Source of the DNA: Octopus sinensis
Taxonomy: Eukaryota
Assembly: GCF_006345805.1 (NCBI RefSeq)
Contig: NC_042997.1
Location: 22,134,001 to 22,198,000 of the forward strand
DNA: 64,000 nucleotides
Direction of reading: 5' to 3'
The position numbers and the translations under genes are program-made. This document shows positions 11,750 through 24,431 of this stretch, piece after piece (the stretch's first letter is position 1; every line of letters begins with the position of its first letter). The notes below the pieces were generated by a model. It worked only from the letters and a program-made list of their open reading frames with translations, did not search any database and had not been told where the DNA came from.

Positions 11750-12950
11750 ATATTATCTATATATATATTATATAATATATATATATACATATATACGACA
11801 GGCTTCTTTTCAGTTTCCGTCTACCAAATCCACTAACAAGGCATTGGTCGGCCCGGGGCTATAGCAGAAGACACTTGCCCAAGATGCCACGCAGTGGGAC
11901 TGAACCCGGAACCATGTGGTTTGTTAGCAAGTTACTTACCACACTTATTTATATATATATATTTTTTTAATTATTATTATTAGTGTTGCTTAATATGTTT
12001 TGCTAAAATTACTGTTTCTTTTCAGATATCATCAGAAAAAGGTAATTAAAATTCATGAAAATGACAGATCTGTAGAACTTTCAAAGTGATAAAATTGTTG
12101 GTGCTCCTATGGCAAGCGCTAGCGTAACGAAAACAGCCGAAATATTTGGTGTATCAAGAAGTGCTGATTCGAAAGTAATGACAGCCTTTGACAAAGACGG
12201 AAAAACCTCCTCGTCAAAACAAAGTCCAGAAGAAAACCAAAACTTTCAGATAGGGACTGTTGGACTCTTTCGCGAATTGTTAGAAAGGATCACAAAAGTA
12301 CAGCTCACAGAATTACTGCCGAGCTTAATGACCACCTCGTGGACCCAGTTTCTACAAAACCTGTTCACCGGGAGCTGCGCAAAGCCGGACTCCACGGGAG
12401 GGCTGGAATCAGAAAACCACTGCTTTCAAAATCAAACGTTGCAAAGCGTTTAGAGTGGAGTAAAAAACCTACAATATTGGTCCCTAGAGCAGTAGAAAAA
12501 TGTTATTTTCTCGGACGAGTCATCCTTTACCTTATTTTCGACCAACCGCAGAGTATATGTGTGGAGACAGCCAAAAGAAGCATTTGATCCAGACTGCCTT
12601 CTTTCAACTGTTAAACACGGAGGAAGATCTGTGATGATCTTGTGGGGCTATATCTTGGAAATCCGCCGGCCTAATGGTTTCCCTTCATGGCAGAATTAAA
12701 AGTCGACACTATTTACGCATTTTATCTCATCAAATTCATCCCATGGTAGCGGAACTGTTTCTGGAGGGAAACGCAATCTTTCAGGATGATAATGCACCAA
12801 TTCACACAGCTAAAGTTGTTATTGAATGGCACGAGGAACATTCTAGTGAAGTTGAATATCCTATCTGGCTACCACAGTCCCCAGATCTCAATATTATTGA
12901 ACATTTATAGTGCATTTTAGAAAAACAATTTAAGGAGTCGATATCCTCTA
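11383..12950 (+). mobile_element. Tc1-like DNA transposon (D-36-E spacing), frameshifted, right end missing
   Basis: TA|CAGGTGTTGGAC left end. Transposase pieces include GASVTKTA-like N-terminus, FSDES, VKHGG and FQDDNAPIH-(36 aa)-SPDLNIIE. Confidence 0.88.
11462..11944 (-). mobile_element. SINE family A nested in the Tc1 left arm
   Basis: Near-complete A copy with (gtaaaaga)n tail. It lies between the Tc1 TIR and the transposase. Confidence 0.92.
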
Positions 12951-13606
12951 CACACACATTTACACACAACAGTCCTTCAGTAAAAAGAACCCGGAACGTT
13001 GGGCCTCCAATCAGGCCTTTCGCGAGGAACTTTTCAACAACCCTTCGCATATATATGCATGTCTCGAAAGAAAGGACAAAGGAATAAACGAGTAACTTGT
13101 GATCGTCATTAGCTTACAGCTGCTTCCACTTTAAGATGTAATTGAGTGCCTTAGTAACAACTTACAGTTCTATCAGAGCTTAGTGTATATGTGTTGTTAA
13201 ACGCTTTTGGGCGGCGGTATTTCAGTCCGGGAAGATCCCTTTAACGACGAAGAGTGTTAAAGAAAACACATTATACTTTAAGACTAGGAGAAACGAATCG
13301 CCTCGAAAGTGAACGAGAACGACAGATATCGATATTTCGCTTGTCGTTTCTGCTCATCGGTACCGTATGTTCAAATCTCCCATGAAACGAACTCGAAACT
13401 CTGGCCTGAAGTATATACTGAAAGAGTAAAATCTATCTGTTGATGTGCAAAAGCACCGCATATGTAAAGCAGAATTCAAATTTTGTGTTAGAAGTAGTTC
13501 TATGATGTGAACATTATCAACGCCACACACTTAATATATGTTTGATCTGGTTTCGAAGTATTCTATTTTAACATTCTACGTCTTACAAGTGTGTGTGTGT
13601 GTGTGT

Positions 13607-13663
<57 letters not shown>

Positions 13664-13879
13664 TTATATTTATATTTATAACTACGCATGAAAGCAAACG
13701 TGTGTAAGTCCAAATACATACCTTCCTACACATAGTTTTTCTTTACATATACATTCACATCCATATATGCAAGCAAATATTACAATGCATCCAAATATTT
13801 TCATTACTTCTGAAAGAGTCAAAAAATATCAAAACCAAAAATCATTTAACCAAAAACAAGAGATGCAATGGAACAATTT

Positions 13880-14100
13880 TATGGGAGCCTACGTTGGATG
13901 CCTCTATGCAGTCACTCTACATGCTAGAAATAGCAACCAAAATACTTCAACTTACGCAGTACCCTTTAGAAAAAATGGAAGGATACTTTGGACAACGTAG
14001 TCCAGTATCCGAGGAAAATACAAACGAGATGATCATGGCTGAATTGTCTATGATCATGAGTCTGTTTGATCAGGTCTGACATGGGACTAAAGAACAATAT
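13880..14100 (+). mobile_element. Old SINE-like family H (other degenerate copies near 14480-14700, 19730-19890, 59545-59700 on +, and 17500-17775 on -)
   Basis: Shared gctagaaatagcaaccaaa...ttgatcaggg..gactaaa(c)aacaa motifs among the copies. Confidence 0.6.
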
Positions 14101-14759
14101 CTGAGGGTGGGAGAGAGAGTTTATGATTCACTTCTATTTTGTGAAGCATAAATAACGCATTCTCCATTATCCAGAGGAGAATCTGGATGAAGCTGGAAAC
14201 TTTGATGTTACTAAACATGATTTTAAAATAAAATAAATAAGTAAAAAACTTCAAAGACACGAGAATGCCAGAAACATTTGAATGTTGGCTTGATACTTTA
14301 GAATACTTACTTAATTTTTTGTTTTGCTTTGTTCTTGTTTTTTCTTTTAGCTGCTATATATAAAATATATATATAAAATATATATATAAAATAATCTCGT
14401 TTAAAAAATAGCTAAATAATAAAACAGTCGTGTTTGATCCTGTATACATAGACGCCTCATTGAAATACATATAGTTATGAACCATGGGAAGGAGTCACTG
14501 AGAGGTTACTCGACTTGCTAGAAATAGCAACCAAATCTCTCATTCAACCCAGAGATTATCTCCTACATCCTTAGGAAAAGAAAAGACACATTGGACATAA
14601 AGTATTGGATAGACTAGATGGCTAGTTCATCGCAGGAGCATCTTTCTTCAGAGATTCACTCGATCAGGGTTCTTCTAGAATAAAGCAACTAAATATCAAC
14701 GCATCCAGCCTTCCGTCAAAACATCCATCCATTCATCCATCAAGACAGACAGGCAAACA

Positions 14760-14778
14760 GACAGATAGACAGACAGGC

Positions 14779-14842
<64 letters not shown>

Positions 14843-14855
14843 GGATGGATGGATG

Positions 14856-14892
<37 letters not shown>

Positions 14893-14893
14893 G

Positions 14894-14975
<82 letters not shown>
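14760..14975. repeat. (GACA)(GATA)n(GGAT) microsatellite
   Basis: Direct reading. Confidence 0.97.
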
Positions 14976-15162
14976 TCGATGATCAAGATGCTTGCTCTTA
15001 AAATAGGATTTCTTCCACAGGGCTGAATGAGTCAATACATAAAATATAGTTATTCGTACGTTGTATGAAGGCTTCGATAATTTTCATCGATCATTTATTG
15101 CTGAGTTCTTAAGATTTCCATTATTCGCACAAAATCCTATAAATTCTCTACACCAATTGCAT

Positions 15163-16387
15163 CATCATCATCATTGTTCGACCGTGGTCGAGACAATGGA
15201 ATTTACTATGTTGCGCCAGACTTCACGGTCCATCATAGCATTACGGAGGTCCTGTTGCTGGATGCCTGTATCCCTGGAGATTACATCAGGGTAGGAGAGT
15301 GTGCGCCCTCTGGTGTTGCGAGTAGATGGCTTCCAGAGGAGAAGAGTATAAATTACTTCTTTTTCAGCTCTACAACAATGTCCAGCAAACTGGACTCTCC
15401 TACCTTTCACAAGAGATGACACAGGTGGTAATTTCCCATATATTTGCATTTTAGTTGGATGGCGCCTCCACGAGAGATTTTGAGCTCTCATAAGGAGGCG
15501 AGTGTAGGTTCCATCCAACCGCCTCTCAAGCTTCTTTGATAACGTCCAGGTTTCTGAGCCATATAGTAGGATTGGTTCGACTGTGGCTTTGAATATTTCA
15601 AGTTTGAAGTCTCTACTTAGATTTGATGACCAGATCTTATGCATGTCATTACAGGCTGACTAAGCCATACCCTTTCTAGTTAGAAAGTCTTTTCCAGATG
15701 ATGATATGTATGACCCAAGATATTTATAATCAGAAACCATATTTAAAGGTGCACTGTTGAGAGTGTGGATGATGCAATCAGTGTTGGGCAGACATTTGTT
15801 TATGTATTCAGTTTTGGCCTCATTGAGGTAAAGACCTACACAATTTGAGGCTTGTTCAAGAGATTGTAAAAGAGACTGGGCATTGGAGAGAGAATCACTG
15901 ATAAGAGCGATGTCGTCAGCAAAGTCAGTGTCTGTCAAGTACTCAGCTGGGTGTCTGGAACTTCTTCTTGGCTTTATTTCAAAGCCCTTGCCAGAGATGG
16001 TATCAACTGACTTACGTAGCACATAATCAACAACAATGATGAAAAGAAATGGGGCGAGTGTGTCTCCCTGCAGTATTCCGGCTTCGATCGAGAAAGATGA
16101 TGTTTCTCCATCAGGGGTTAAGATGGTTGAAGACGTATCTGTGTAGAGGACCTTGATGGCAGAAATAATTTTGTCTGGTATCCCATAGAGCTTAAGGATT
16201 TCAAACATCTTGTACCTATCTACAGAATCGAACGCTTTAGAAAAGTCTACAAATACCATTGCAAGATCGCGATTAAATGCTTTTGATTCTTCAATAAGTC
16301 TGCGCAGGCATAGTATCTGGCTCAGCGTTGAGCGCCCATGTCTGAATTCATTTTGGTTCTTTCGGAGCAAAGGTTCAACAAAAAGGA
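15163..16387 (-). mobile_element. 5'-truncated RTE-group (RTEX-like) LINE with 9-bp TSD
   Basis: RT motifs VDFSKAFDS, GILQGDTLAP and DFADDIAL. A single in-frame TAG at 15660-15662 joins the ORFs 15660-16370 and 15171-15644. (TGA)n tail. TSD caattgcat at 15154-15162 and 16388-16396. Confidence 0.92.
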
Positions 16388-16556
16388 CAATTGCATAGAG
16401 TACCCATAATAGGCTTTAGCATATAGCGTACTCAACAAAATTTGAAACCACCATCTTCTGATTCTTTTCTTTATATTTTCTACACACAAGCGCGTGAGCG
16501 CAAGCATGCTAGCATCTGTGCGTTAGTGGGTGTATGTATGCCCATAAGTGTATATA

Positions 16557-17082
16557 TTGGGTTGTCCGGAAAGTTTGTGCTGATTTATAGTAGCTTACCT
16601 TTCGACTTATTTTAGTACATGGTTGAGTCCATAAAATATGATTTGACTACACCTCCATTTAGAGCACAGTTTAAGTTATCTTTTCGTGGAAGAAGGTTTA
16701 TGTTCCTATAACCTGTGTTAATTCTGTAACCCTTTAAAAAGGAAAATAAGAAAGTTCATTTTCGGCACTTGATGCTTTGGGAACCAGACGAAAATTGCTG
16801 CAGCTCGGCTGGGATGTGCTACCCCACCCTCCATATTCACCAGATATTGCTCCTTCGGATTTCCACTTATTCAGGTCTCTGCAGAATAGTCTTAATGGTA
16901 AAAATTTCAATTCCTTGGATGACGTAAAAAGATACCTTGATGAATTATTTGCCATAAAACCACCTCAATTCTGGGAAGAGGGTATTTTCAAGTTAAAGGA
17001 AAGATGGAGACGCATTGTGCAACAAAATGGTTCGTATTTGGTTGATTAAAAATATAATGGCAAGTATTTATTGACAACCCAA
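16557..17082 (+). mobile_element. Internally deleted mariner (same family as 35825-37094)
   Basis: TA|TTGGGTTGTCC...CAACCCAA|TA ends. Encodes only the C-terminus HPPYSPDIAPSDFHLFRSL. Confidence 0.93.
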
Positions 17083-17205
17083 TATATGCCAGCATGTTTG
17101 CATATCTATGTTTACATGTGTATATACATATATGCATATACATATGTGTTTGTGCGGGTGTGTGCATTTAAGCAGTAAATGTATGTGCAATTCACACACA
17201 CACAA

Positions 17206-17285
<80 letters not shown>

Positions 17286-17879
17286 AAGAGAGAGAGATTT
17301 ATGATGAACGGCAAATATTTATGCCACGCAATAACGTAATAAAGTCAATTGCCTGATCTTCATCTTGCAGCCCATCCATCAATGCTATTAATAGGCGATC
17401 AGCCTGAATAACTTCAGGATGTAGAAACTGATGTTGTGACGTTCATGTTTTTCTCATTAATTTCGATTGTACATATGTCATTGTTGCTTAGTTACAAGTC
17501 AGCTTTGATGAAGAAAGTCTATGATGAAAAGAGTTCCAACCATAGCTATTCTGTTCTCTTTAATTTTATATATTTAAGATTATATTGTTTAATGTATACT
17601 TTTGCTTCTTGTTAGCTGACCTGATCGTACAGACCAGTAATAGAAGGCTCTCTATCCTCGATCATTCCGTTTTTTAATTTGACATAATATAATTATGGCG
17701 TGAATAATTTTACTCGTCTTTAAAATCAATTGATTTGAGGAAATTTCAGCTGCTATTGCTAGCTGATTGAGCATTTTCGAAGATGTCTATTCGTGGGCCC
17801 CGTATTCCTTTTGAAAGACGGTAAGGTTTGATTTGATCAAAGGAAGAAATGGATATTATTTGCGGTCGCTTGATCGAGG

Positions 17880-18380
17880 ATGATACTCTCGTGTTGAAAT
17901 AGCATTCTTCTTGCTCAGTGGAAGAAAACAATCGCTAAGACATCCAAGCAAGGGAGTTTGTTAGAACTTGCTTTTTCCTAGAAGAGCTGCAATAAAGAGG
18001 CCAACAAGATGAAGAGAAGGAAATATACTAAGCTGGTAGCGATATGCCGAAACAGCAGGTGTTGCGCATGATGCTATCACATCGAGGTGGGATGCAGTGG
18101 GTTCGCAAGCAGCCTCTCTGCAGACTCAAAACATGCTGAATATCATAAAGGCCTTTAAACAGAAGACCACCGAGTTAACCCCCGAAACAATAGTAGTTGC
18201 TTCATGATTAATGCGAATCAGAAGACCGAACCGCAGATGGAGTAGTGCTACTTGGATACAATCCGAGACTTGATCAAATTCAGATGCGTCTTCCGAGCGA
18301 GGGTGTGTGCTGTAAGACCCAATATACCACCAATACCCTAGGTAACATCACTGAGAATGTGTTCAGGCATATCACAAGCT
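17880..18380 (+). mobile_element. HERO-like non-LTR 3' fragment
   Basis: EANKMKRRKYTKLVAICRN..CYHIEVGCSGFA (restriction-like endonuclease tail). The 3' UTR gagggtgt..aagaccc.. is shared with 22875-22905. Confidence 0.7.
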
Positions 18381-18389
18381 GAAAACGAA

Positions 18390-19000
18390 GATTGCATCTT
18401 TCTTCTTCTCAAACAAGCATTGGAAACCATATTAGATGAAATTCTGCTTTTCCGCGATCCTAGCAATCCAAAGGTCGGCACTGCTTTCAGCTTCACAGGA
18501 TTTAGTAAATAAATTCTGATCAAATACTGGAGAGGTTTTAATTTAATCAGCTATACCTTCTCATAAAATAATCTCTGGCTTGGGTCACCGAAGTATGTAG
18601 AATTTATCATTTGTACCACAGCCTGAAGATGACATATGTTAATACGCTTCAGGCTTTCTTGTTTTAATCTAAATAGATTTCAGAGAGTTTATTTATTTTT
18701 CTTCACTTATTTATTAGTTCCTGTTCCAGTATAAAGAAAACAGACATTGCATGTGGGAACCGACAGCCATTTAGCCAAACTATAGAGTCAGAAGCATTTA
18801 GAATTTGGAGGAATACAAGACGGTGAACTTCGTCGTTTTCTTCTCAGAATCAGACAGTTTCAAGATGCAAAATATGATAAATGGTTGACCTGAAGAGGTG
18901 CCTCCTCGATCAACAGATTTGGGTCCATCGGATTTCTTTTTAAAGATTGCTATTTATTAGTTCAATAAATGTCACGAGGGCTACGATAACTAATTCGATT
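18390..19000 (+). mobile_element. Very degenerate Tc1/mariner-superfamily transposase remnant
   Basis: Fragments KHWKPY, IQDGE..IRQFQDAKYDKW and PPRSTDLGPSDFFL (degenerate WPPRSPDLxPxDFFLWG). Confidence 0.55.
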
Positions 19001-19236
19001 CAACAGTATAATTGAAAATCTACTCCAAAGCATATTTCGAGAACTTTAAAAAAAGGGGTCACGATTGCTCGATGGTCATGCTGAGAATTGTCAATCTCAA
19101 AATTAAAGTTTATCTAGAAATGAAATAAGTTCTTTCACTTATCTTTTTTCAAAGATTACTTCTACTATTATAAAGAAGTAAACTTAAAGAACTTTACAAT
19201 TGTTCTAGGACTCTAATGATCTTGTGCATATCTGTG

Positions 19237-19315
<79 letters not shown>

Positions 19316-19339
19316 TACACATATATATATACATACATA

Positions 19340-19398
<59 letters not shown>

Positions 19399-19464
19399 TA
19401 TATGTATGTATATATATATACTTATATATATACTTATATATATATATACTTATATATATATATA

Positions 19465-19503
<39 letters not shown>

Positions 19504-19511
19504 TATATATC

Positions 19512-19542
<31 letters not shown>

Positions 19543-19588
19543 GTATGTATATATATATATACATATGTATATACATACATATATATAT

Positions 19589-19648
<60 letters not shown>

Positions 19649-20172
19649 GCATACACACACATACACACAATCAATGAATGTAATGTACATATTTCATATT
19701 TCGTCCCAGAAATTCATCCATTAGTGAACACGAACTAACGTGAGAGGCAATATCTCGTTTGCCTGACATACTAGAAATAGTAACCAAATTATCTCGATTC
19801 AAACCCTACCAACTTTTAGAAGAAGGAAGGCCACATTCGCTCATCGGTCTATTCAACATGAGGTTGACCCGGGGCTAAACAACCACAACAGTTAATAGCA
19901 TGCATTAAATAGGAAAACATGATTTTTCACTGCTGCTATGCCAAGCAGGTGGTCAACTTGCCCATTTATTAGTGCCAAGATCTCTCCCATCTCTTTACCG
20001 ATATCATTAGTTCGCCACGACAAAATTAGCATTTATGCAGCTGTACGTAGCTGAAGACAGAATTTTGATATATTCATATGTGGGTGGTAATGTAAATAAC
20101 TGAGGCGATGCTATAGGAATCATTTTTGATGATAAATTAAGAACACAGCCCTAAGAATATTGAATATCGCGT

Positions 20173-20235
<63 letters not shown>

Positions 20236-20258
20236 TGATTGATTGATAGATAGATAGT

Positions 20259-20327
<69 letters not shown>

Positions 20328-20340
20328 GGATGGATAGATA

Positions 20341-20518
20341 TGTTTCTTTATTAGCCACACAGGGCTGCACACAGATAGAACAAATTACAAGGTAGAGCTT
20401 TTCTTTTGAAGGTTTAAAAAAAAAAAAAAAAAAAAGGAAGGGGGAGTTTCGATCAAAAGGGATCGTAAAAGGAGAGAAAGAGGACAAAAAAAGGGGGGGG
20501 AGAGGAAAAAAAAAAAAG
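20341..20518 (-). mobile_element. Short retroelement 3'-end fragment inserted within a (GATA)n microsatellite
   Basis: Flanked by (GATA)n at 20174-20340 and 20519-20590. The minus strand ends tctgtgtgcagccctgtgtggctaataaagaaaca. No ORF, so the family is inferred. Confidence 0.55.
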
Positions 20519-20553
<35 letters not shown>

Positions 20554-20616
20554 GGATGGATGGGTGACTGGATGAATGGATGGATGGATGAGATACTTAC
20601 ATATATGTTTACACAA

Positions 20617-20690
<74 letters not shown>

Positions 20691-20831
20691 TAATCAATGA
20701 AATTCCAACTAAATTTGATTTTCACGTTTTATTATTTGTCATTTTTTACAATTTTAGAATATTGAAATAAATTAGTACTTTCATGCGTTGCGCAGTAATC
20801 AGATTTATGTAGTGACAGTCGTATTCCACAG

Positions 20832-20889
<58 letters not shown>

Positions 20890-21660
20890 GCAGGTCGGCT
20901 CCAGCTCGTGTCCGAGCATAGGGTTCGTCAGTTTCCACCCAGTCTCCTGCAGTTTGTGCAGAAAGTGACTTTGGAGTCCAAATCGGTGGTGAAAGACTCG
21001 TGGGCAGAACTTGCACGAGATGGTCGGTGCGTTTTGCCTCTTCATTCTTTTGTCAGTTCTTCTCGAAGGAGCTGGCTCCATTGTTGATAGCAGTACTCTA
21101 TGCTGTCCTATCCATAGCAAAAGTTTCCATGAGGAATGCTGGATGTTAGCTTGAGCCAATGTCCGTTAGAGCTGGTCTTCAAAACAGAATTTCGGACCTC
21201 CTCTTGATCTTGATCCGATTGCAAGTTCTCCGTAGAGCATGATCCTTGGGAGACGAGAGGGCTCCATACGCTGGACGTAATACGACCAGCGGAGACGATG
21301 GCGTAGAATGGTGGCCTCGACACTTGTTAGCGTGATCTTCCTATTGTATGTTGAGGATCTATCGTAGCTTCGATTACTCGAAGCACTCAATGTGCTTGAA
21401 GTCACGGCGGTAAAACGTCCAAGTCTCACAAGTGTCGAGTTGACGGAAGACCCATGGTCTTTGTCCGGATGGTCAGCGCGTGATTGAAGAATACACGCTG
21501 GCTGAGTCTGCCGAAGGCGGAGTGGGCCGCCCCAATCCGGTTCTCCACATCTCTTTCACACGTGGGGGGGGGTCTTCGAAAGGATACTTCCAAGGTATGT
21601 AAAGTATTCAACTTCTTCTAGGGGTTGGTTGTTGATGCTAATGTTTGTGGCTGGACTCAG
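20890..21660 (-). mobile_element. RTE (BovB-like) LINE 3' fragment, frameshifted
   Basis: YFTYLGSIL, RIGAAHSAFGRL, RLRW..QRMEPSRLPRIMLYGEL..GSRSRGGPK and C-terminal CKFCPRVF..GLQSH. Confidence 0.88.
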
Positions 21661-21664
21661 CCTG

Positions 21665-22945
21665 GTTCAGTTTGGATTGAAGAATTCGCCATCCAAGCAA
21701 CAAGTCAAGAATCTAAGGAAGCTTTTTGATTCGACTCTAAGATACTACTTCTATTCAAAAATTCAAGAAAAACTTTGAGGTTTGGCTCACCAGGTTCGAC
21801 AAGTCAGGCCTGCCTAGTAGATTCAAGGCCTGACATAAATCTTTCTATTCATCTCTGAAATTTTATGGCCTCTGCTGTTTTACAAGGTTATATTAACAAT
21901 AGCTGAATTCATCAGGTAGAAGAAAGGTTAATCGATGATTTTCTCAACTTGCGAATACGGTTTCCCCGGCACTGTACAATTCCGGTGATATCTTTCAGTT
22001 CCCATTCACTTACCTCACTGGAGAATTTAAGGTATTGCGACGGAAAGAAATCTTACAATGCAGGGACTCCAAGGACCAGGAGGTATCATTAGCTGGCATC
22101 AGGATGAGAACGGGAAAGAAAGGAGTAGGAAAACAGTGCAAAATGAGCTCATGGGCATCGTTTTTACAGGCAGAACAAGCTTGAGCTAGAGCTACAAGAA
22201 TCAGGTAGGCAAGGCTCAAGATAAGGAGACTCGTCACTTTATACAAGAAAAGGTATGGGAAGACACAGAGGAAGAACAAGTGAGCAGACCTGTGGGACTC
22301 AAACAGCAGGTAGAGCAGACAATGTAGGAGAGTGCGCAGCAAAGTAAGATTAATTGGTCAATTCAAGCATTCTTCCAACGTCTTCCAATCCTTTGTGCAA
22401 GTTGTCTACGATGTCCTGCTAAGCCAATTAATCGCTAAAGCAAGAAGACACTATGACTGGAAGCTGTGTGTTAGTCTAGGAGATTTCTGAAGTTTTCATA
22501 TTACATAGTAGTAATAACATCCTGACCAGATATAATCACCTCTCAAGCGATAAGACAGCAGATTCTGCTGGAACATACAGTAAGGATGGGTGTTTTGAAG
22601 AAATCATTGACAGGAAACGTGCGAAATACAAAGAATTGGTGAAGTGCTAGAACAGAGGCTCGAAAGCACATTATGAAACTATAAAGGTGTCTGTAGAGAG
22701 TTTGCAAGACAACCATTATGAAAAGTCTTCAGCCTATCAAGCTTTATTATTGAAGTGGCAACGAAAAAGGGTCATTCAGATTACAAACGAAGCTGCAATG
22801 AAAGATATAATGGGGCTTTAGATTAAGAGAGTTGGATCTATGGGTTGATGTCTTTTGTTCCCCGGACTCATTCGGGGTATGGTGTTGAAAGACCCAAAAC
22901 ACCTCATAATCCGAAGCTATATTGCAGAGGATTGTTCTCAGTTTA
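21665..22945 (+). mobile_element. HERO-like non-LTR retrotransposon, degenerate 3' half
   Basis: WLTRFDKSGLPSRFKA, GEFKVLRRKEILQCRDSKDQEVSLAGIRMRTGKK, VQVVYDVL, PDIITSQAIRQQILLEHTV, RKRAKYKELV and a 3' UTR motif. Confidence 0.8.
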
Positions 22946-22982
22946 TCCAGGAAACCAGAGGTATCTTGCTCGCACATAATAC

Positions 22983-23013
<31 letters not shown>

Positions 23014-23176
23014 TATTTATGTATATGTGTGTACATGTGTACATGCGTGTGTGTGTGCGCGTTTGCGTGCGTGCGTGCGTGCGTGTGTGTGCGTGTGTGT
23101 GCGCGCGTGTGTGTGCGCATATTTGTGCGTGTGTATGTGTGTGTGTGTGTCTGTCTGGGTGTGTGTGTATGTGTGT

Positions 23177-23246
<70 letters not shown>

Positions 23247-23661
23247 CTGCTTGAATGAAAAAGCACAAGCAAAAATCTTAGAGTAGTAATGAGTGAATCA
23301 TCAGCTTCGATCAAATAAATTAACTCTACTGCATGCAGTGAATAATTTTTCTCTTCTTTATAAACCCAAATGCGCCTGCGTAAGTATTTGAACAGAGAGA
23401 GAGAGAGAAAGAGAGAGAGGTGTATGTAATGAAATTAATTTATCATTGTTTATGGTGATAAAATTCTTGGCAGATTGATAGCAGTTTTAGTAGACATTAT
23501 TTGAATACTAAATTAAATTAATTAAGGTGTAGCAACACAGGTTCTAAACAAAAAAGAAAAAAATTTGTAATTCAAATAAATTCTTGTCAAGAAGCTTGTT
23601 TCATATTTCTTTATATATTTTTTTTATATGTACTATATGGTAGTACATTAACTTTTTCAAA

Positions 23662-24053
23662 TCTCTATATATATAAAGCTGAAGGTGTCTTTGTATGGCA
23701 GGTTTGGTAGCCTTCAACTAACACTATCTCCTCCGAGACCCTGCGGCGCAAGTTGACCAAAATTAAAAGTATGATAGAAGAAGGCTTGCTCTTCCTTCCG
23801 TAGAAGAAAATATTCAAATCGGACCATGTTAACATCAAAAATTATTTACATCAAAAAGGTGCTTTTTTTCTATGAAAGTCCCTATTTTTTACGATTTTTG
23901 ACTTGCTGTGTCGCCATGTTTCGGTGTATTTCATCAAGAAGAATGTTCACTTAAAGAGAATAACAAGCTACATAATGCGAATTTTTTACTTTTCAAAAAT
24001 TCCAATTCTAAAGGGCCGAAACAAACCCGACCAACGCCAGGCGATACTGCTAG
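23662..24053 (+). mobile_element. Non-autonomous Helitron-type element (family 1, copy 1)
   Basis: A|TCTCTATATA 5' end; 3' cccgaccaacgccagg..CTAG|T. Homologous to 38087-38478. Confidence 0.88.
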
Positions 24054-24431
24054 TGTAAAATAAAATTCTACATCTGTTTCTACTGTAGGTATAGGTCACA
24101 AATTAGGTTGGGAATGAGAACATCTGACTAAATGGAACCAGGTAAATATTTTACATCGGAGATGCTTTGCCACACGCATCAACTGCAGGAGCAAGTCAGT
24201 GATATTGTAAGTTATTCCTTCTGAATCCATTGCAGTGTTGGAAATCTTTCTGTATCATTAGTAGGTATCTCAGGGTTACAAGCGTTTCGCCCCTGTACGC
24301 TTCGTCTGAGTGCGGCAGCGAGAGCTGAGTTAGTCTTTGGCTGCGTAAGGGTTCCACTTGCGGTCTCTTGTTAATCACAGCTGCAAAAGAAGTTGACTGC
24401 AGTAGAATTTGAACTCAACATGTAAAGCAAT

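Noticed and set aside
15660-15662. A-to-I rescue of the TAG in the RTEX-like ORF
   Set aside because: The element is 5'-truncated and has no promoter or endonuclease, so recoding would give nothing functional. An ordinary G-to-A mutation suffices.
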